NCBI GenBank assembly: GCA_033764015.1
Contig: JANRJK010000031.1
Span: 64,001 to 128,000, forward strand
DNA length: 64,000 nucleotides
Direction: 5' to 3'
Source of the DNA: Candidatus Sumerlaeia bacterium
GTDB lineage: Bacteria > Sumerlaeota > Sumerlaeia > SLMS01 > JANRJK01
In this document: one piece after another, positions 60,424 to 64,000 of the stretch
How positions within the stretch are numbered: position 1 is the first letter of the stretch
How the letters are laid out: each line of letters opens with the position of its first letter
Program-made: the position numbers and the translations under genes
The notes under the pieces: generated by a model
Databases searched by the model: none
What the model saw: the letters and a program-made list of their open reading frames with translations, nothing else
What the model was told of the DNA's origin: nothing

Positions 60424-61113
60424 ATGCTCGAGCTGCTCGCCGCCCTCACCGCCGCGATGATCGCCATCGCCTGGCTGACCAATTTCATCTCCTACCGCGT
60501 GATCAAGGGGCGCACGATCCGCGAGCGCCGCTGGGACTACAACATCTGCTGCGGCACCACGGACGGCGGCGGCATCAACGCCGACATCGTGCGCCACGGC
60601 GACGTGCCCAACTTCGAGCTGGTCGAGGACATCCTCCGCCTCCCGCACCCCGACGGCGCCTTCGAACACGTCCTCTGCAGCCACACCCTCGAACACGTCG
60701 ACGACCCGAAGGCGTTCTACGCCGAGCTGCGCCGTGTCGGACGGCGCGTCTGCGTCCTCATCCCCCCCATCTGGGACTACTCCGCGTCGCTCAACCCGTT
60801 CGAGCACCGCGTGATCTTCCTCACCATGCGCTCGCGGCACGACGACGCGCTGCCGCCCTACATCGAGTACGGATTCGCGCGCTGGCTGCAGTCGAAGATG
60901 GGCCAGCGCATCGACGCCGACGTGCGCGGCGGCGCCGCCGTCACCGCCCAGGCGCGCATGCGCACCTTCTTCGACTTCCTGGTACCCTTCGCGTTCCTCG
61001 GCGCGGCATACGCCTCCGTGCTCGATATCGCGCTCTGGCCCGCCGCCATCGCGGGCGCCGCCGTGGTGCTCTGGCTCAGCAAGCGCAAACCCGCGGCGCA
61101 GGCGGTTGCTTGA
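60424..61113 (+). CDS. Membrane-anchored class I SAM-methyltransferase-like protein
   Basis: YNICCG, LPHPDGAFEHVLCSHTLEHVDDP..ELRRV; N- and C-terminal TM; GGAGG SD. Confidence 0.75.
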   Translation: MLELLAALTAAMIAIAWLTNFISYRVIKGRTIRERRWDYNICCGTTDGGGINADIVRHGDVPNFELVEDILRLPHPDGAFEHVLCSHTLEHVDDPKAFYAELRRVGRRVCVLIPPIWDYSASLNPFEHRVIFLTMRSRHDDALPPYIEYGFARWLQSKMGQRIDADVRGGAAVTAQARMRTFFDFLVPFAFLGAAYASVLDIALWPAAIAGAAVVLWLSKRKPAAQAVA

Positions 61114-61146
61114 CGGCGGGACGTACAGGCGTTAGGAGATTCGCCC

Positions 61147-61371
61147 ATGAAGTTCATCGTTACATTGGAGCCCGGCGAGGACGGCATGTGGGTGTGCGAA
61201 TGCCCGTCGATCCCGGGCTGCGTCACACAGGGCCGCTCGCGCGACGGGGCGGTCTCGAATGTTCGCGAGGCGATCGAGGGCTGCCTCGAAGCCCGCGCGG
61301 AACTGGGCCTTCCGCGCAAGCGCGAGAGGGTCGGCGAACCTGTCGGTGGCTCGAGCCGCGAGCGCGGTTGA
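61147..61371 (+). CDS. HicB-family (UPF0150) antitoxin, no adjacent hicA
   Basis: GEDGMWVCECPSIPGCVTQG..AVSNVREAI; AGGAG SD. Confidence 0.88.
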   Translation: MKFIVTLEPGEDGMWVCECPSIPGCVTQGRSRDGAVSNVREAIEGCLEARAELGLPRKRERVGEPVGGSSRERG

Positions 61372-61443
61372 TCGGGCGCGATTCCTATTGCAGAGCGGGC
61401 GGCTCGCGGCGAATCATTCGCGAAACCACGCCGAGGCGGAGCC

Positions 61444-62421
61444 ATGCCACCCAAAGCCAGCCAACTAACTGCAGCGACCGCCTCCGACGCGATCGTTTTT
61501 GAGGGCGATTGCTTGGAACTGCTTCGGACTGTGGCCGACGGGCAGGTTCAGTTGGTGGTCACGTCCCCGCCTTACAACCTCGGGAAGGAGTACGAGAAGC
61601 GCTCCTCCATCGATCAATATGTCGCATGGCAATCGCAAGTCATCAGGGAATGCTTGCGCGTGCTCAAGCCGGAGGGCAGCATTTGCTGGCAGGTGGGAAA
61701 CTATGTTGACAATGGTTCGATTATACCGCTGGACATTGTGCTGTACCCAGTTTTTGCATCACTTGGCATGAAGATGAGGAATCGAATCATTTGGCACTTC
61801 GAACATGGCCTGCACTGTAAGCGCCGCCTTTCAGGGCGGTACGAGACTGTGATTTGGTTCACCAAGTCCGAGGATTTCTATTTCGATCTCGACCCGATTC
61901 GAGTGCCCCAGAAGTACCCAGGCAAGCGATACTTCAAGGGCCCACGGGCGGGCGAATTATCCTGCAACCCCAAAGGAAAGAACCCTGGTGACGTTTGGAT
62001 CATCCCAAACGTTAAGAGCAATCACGTAGAGAAGACTGCCCACCCGTGCCAATTCCCCATCGAGTTGGTCGAGCGATTAATCCTCTCCATGAGCAGGGCC
62101 GGGGACGTTGTGCTGGACCCATTCGCCGGAACTGGGTCAACAATGGCCGCAGCCGTTAGGAACGGGCGTAAAGGGTGGGGCGCCGAGAAGGAACAGAAGT
62201 ATGCAACCATCGCGAGGTCTAGGATTTCCCTAGCAAAGAAGGGAACTCTCCCTGTAAGGGAGCGCAACACCCCAGTCTTTGATCCCAAGCATGCGGGGGC
62301 GAAGCTTACAACTGCTCCGTGGATTGTTGTTAGTGACCCGGGGGCTGTCCCTTCTAGTGACGAAGATGGGCAAATAGCATTTTGCGAGGAACCGATGGCT
62401 TACAGTGAGGGAGCAAGATGA
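61444..62421 (+). CDS. Amino-methyltransferase, beta class (probably N4-cytosine), type II R-M
   Basis: GDC, VTSPPYN (motif IV), HPCQFP, VLDPFAGTGST (motif I); low GC. Confidence 0.93.
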   Translation: MPPKASQLTAATASDAIVFEGDCLELLRTVADGQVQLVVTSPPYNLGKEYEKRSSIDQYVAWQSQVIRECLRVLKPEGSICWQVGNYVDNGSIIPLDIVLYPVFASLGMKMRNRIIWHFEHGLHCKRRLSGRYETVIWFTKSEDFYFDLDPIRVPQKYPGKRYFKGPRAGELSCNPKGKNPGDVWIIPNVKSNHVEKTAHPCQFPIELVERLILSMSRAGDVVLDPFAGTGSTMAAAVRNGRKGWGAEKEQKYATIARSRISLAKKGTLPVRERNTPVFDPKHAGAKLTTAPWIVVSDPGAVPSSDEDGQIAFCEEPMAYSEGAR

Positions 62422-63029
62422 AGATCGGCGGTGTTTACTCGCATCTCAACGGGTTGGAATACCTCATGGTGCGACGACCGGGGCTGTGGGAGAGTGTTGC
62501 CTCGATCATCGAGGCTGTTGATGCCAATAAGTGTCGGACAAAGGTTAGCCGCGAGTCAGGGATGAAGGGAGAGTTAAAGTACTCGCCCATTGAAATGAAC
62601 GCCCGGTTCAAAGCTCTTCTGCAGGAAGCTGCTTGGAAAGAAAGCAGGGTGACGTATTGGGTGACTTCAGATGAGCGCTTGATCCGCGCGACATTACCAA
62701 AGCCAGCCCCTGAGCAAAAGGCCGACATCGAAGCCGCTGGCCACACGCCGATCCTTAGTTACAACCAAACCGACTTCATCAAGGACCGCGTGGCGCTCGA
62801 AGTCCAGTTTGGCAAGTACGCCTTTGTTGCATACGACCTCTTCGTGAAGCACCTCGCGTTCTACGTCCGCGACGAAATCGACGTGGGTATCGAGATTCTT
62901 CCCATGAAGTCGCTCCAAGCCGAGATGTCCTCAGGCCCCGGCTACTACGAGGGGGAACTCTACAACGTCATTCGCAACGGCCGCGGAGTCCCTGCCGTGC
63001 CGCTGGTCTTGGTCGGCGTCGAGGTTTAG
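62418..63029 (+). CDS. Type II restriction endonuclease, BstYI/BglII family
   Basis: YSHLNGLEY, YSP, NQTDFIKDRVALEVQFGKY (D..ExQ site), EMSSG..YEGELY, GRGVPAVPLVL; ATGA overlap with the MTase. Confidence 0.9.
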   Translation: MKIGGVYSHLNGLEYLMVRRPGLWESVASIIEAVDANKCRTKVSRESGMKGELKYSPIEMNARFKALLQEAAWKESRVTYWVTSDERLIRATLPKPAPEQKADIEAAGHTPILSYNQTDFIKDRVALEVQFGKYAFVAYDLFVKHLAFYVRDEIDVGIEILPMKSLQAEMSSGPGYYEGELYNVIRNGRGVPAVPLVLVGVEV

Positions 63030-63036
63030 GTCTCCC

Positions 63037-63531
63037 ATGCCCTCCTCCGCCACCATCCCCCTCGAAGCCGTCCTTCGCGCGTGGGACCGCCACAACCAGG
63101 CGCTGTTGAACCTGCTCGCGCTGATCCCCGAAGGCGGCCTTTCCGCGCGGGCCGCCGAGGGCAGCCCCACCGTCTCCGAAGTGCTCTCCCATGCGCACCA
63201 CGAGCGGCTCGTCTCGGTCGCCGAGGAGGCGCCCGAGGCCGCCCGCGCGGTGCCCGGCCGCGAGTGGGCCCACGAGCCCGACCCGGCCGTCCTCGCCCGT
63301 CAAATCGCGGAGAGCGCCGCCGCCGTCCGCGAGGCGGTCCGAGGCCGCGTCGAAGCGGGGCGCCCGCTCGAAAGCAGCTTCGACCACCCCGTCACCCTGA
63401 TCCACTTCCTGACATTCCACGAGGGCTACCACCGCGGGCAGATCAAGCTCGCGCTCAAGGTCGCCGGCGTCCCGCTCTCCGACGACGTCGTCGGCGAACC
63501 GGTCTGGGGCTTCTGGCGCGAGCGCGGTTGA
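63037..63531 (+). CDS. DinB/YfiT-family protein
   Basis: TVSEVLSH, HEGYHRGQI. Confidence 0.85.
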   Translation: MPSSATIPLEAVLRAWDRHNQALLNLLALIPEGGLSARAAEGSPTVSEVLSHAHHERLVSVAEEAPEAARAVPGREWAHEPDPAVLARQIAESAAAVREAVRGRVEAGRPLESSFDHPVTLIHFLTFHEGYHRGQIKLALKVAGVPLSDDVVGEPVWGFWRERG

Positions 63532-63638
63532 TCGGCGGGAATCCCGGGCGCGCCGCCCGCCGGACGCGCCTCCTTCGCCTTGCTATCTCCATCGAGTCGT
63601 GCTGGCATGCTAAGCGAGTCCAAGAAGGAGGACGAGCC

Positions 63639-63863
63639 ATGCCACGCTACCACGTTTACCGGTCGATCGCGGGAATCCGCCTGGGCGAGGACGACTCCGA
63701 GCCGCAGTTCGTTTTCCTCAAGGAGGACGACATCAAGACGGGCCTGGTGGTGCCGGGCAGCAACCCGATGCTGGCGCACGACGCCGAGGCGGTGATCGAG
63801 GCGAAGACCCCCGCGGAGGCCGCGGAAAGGCACCGGGAGAACAGGGAGAACGCCTTCCACTAA
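63639..63863 (+). CDS. Small hypothetical protein (74 aa)
   Basis: Strong AAGGAGG SD, ATG 63639, host codon use. Confidence 0.7.
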   Translation: MPRYHVYRSIAGIRLGEDDSEPQFVFLKEDDIKTGLVVPGSNPMLAHDAEAVIEAKTPAEAAERHRENRENAFH

Positions 63864-64000
63864 CGGGCACCCGCGGCGGGCGGGAAGCTGCTTGAGGCAG
63901 TGGGGCCGGTGCGGGATGCTTCCGCTTTCCGAGGTGCCCCGCCCCTGCCCGCCGCTCCCGCCCGCACACCCGACGACCTGCTCCGCGACCTGCGCTCGCG

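Noticed and set aside
61100..63100. Prophage or integrative element around the R-M cassette
   Set aside because: No integrase, tRNA target or flanking direct repeats seen.

Overview
A 64-kb, very GC-rich, densely coded bacterial chromosome segment of about 50 genes. Lipoproteins and an LpoB-like gene suggest a diderm; the lineage cannot be fixed from this window. Housekeeping genes are scattered outside their usual operons: aminotransferase, lysC, trxB, nusA, trpG/pabA-type amidotransferase, serA, prfB, two dacB-type peptidases. No rRNA, tRNA or CRISPR array was seen. Most notable: (1) an exported three-gene operon ending in a full-length bacterial homologue of animal CLCA metalloprotease/VWA proteins; (2) a J-TPR/GrpE/Hsp70 operon in which both the J-domain HPD motif and the Hsp70 linker have diverged; (3) a prfB +1 frameshift site with UAA instead of UGA; (4) a decayed HUH/Y1 transposase beside a pair of REP-like hairpins; (5) tandem membrane-anchored L7/L12-CTD-like proteins in an operon with a HEAT protein; (6) two TPR-bearing putative protein glycosyltransferases; (7) a MoxR/VWA cluster; (8) a low-GC BstYI/BglII-family restriction-modification cassette. 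All calls come from motif recognition by eye; no database search was run, and several start codons are estimates.
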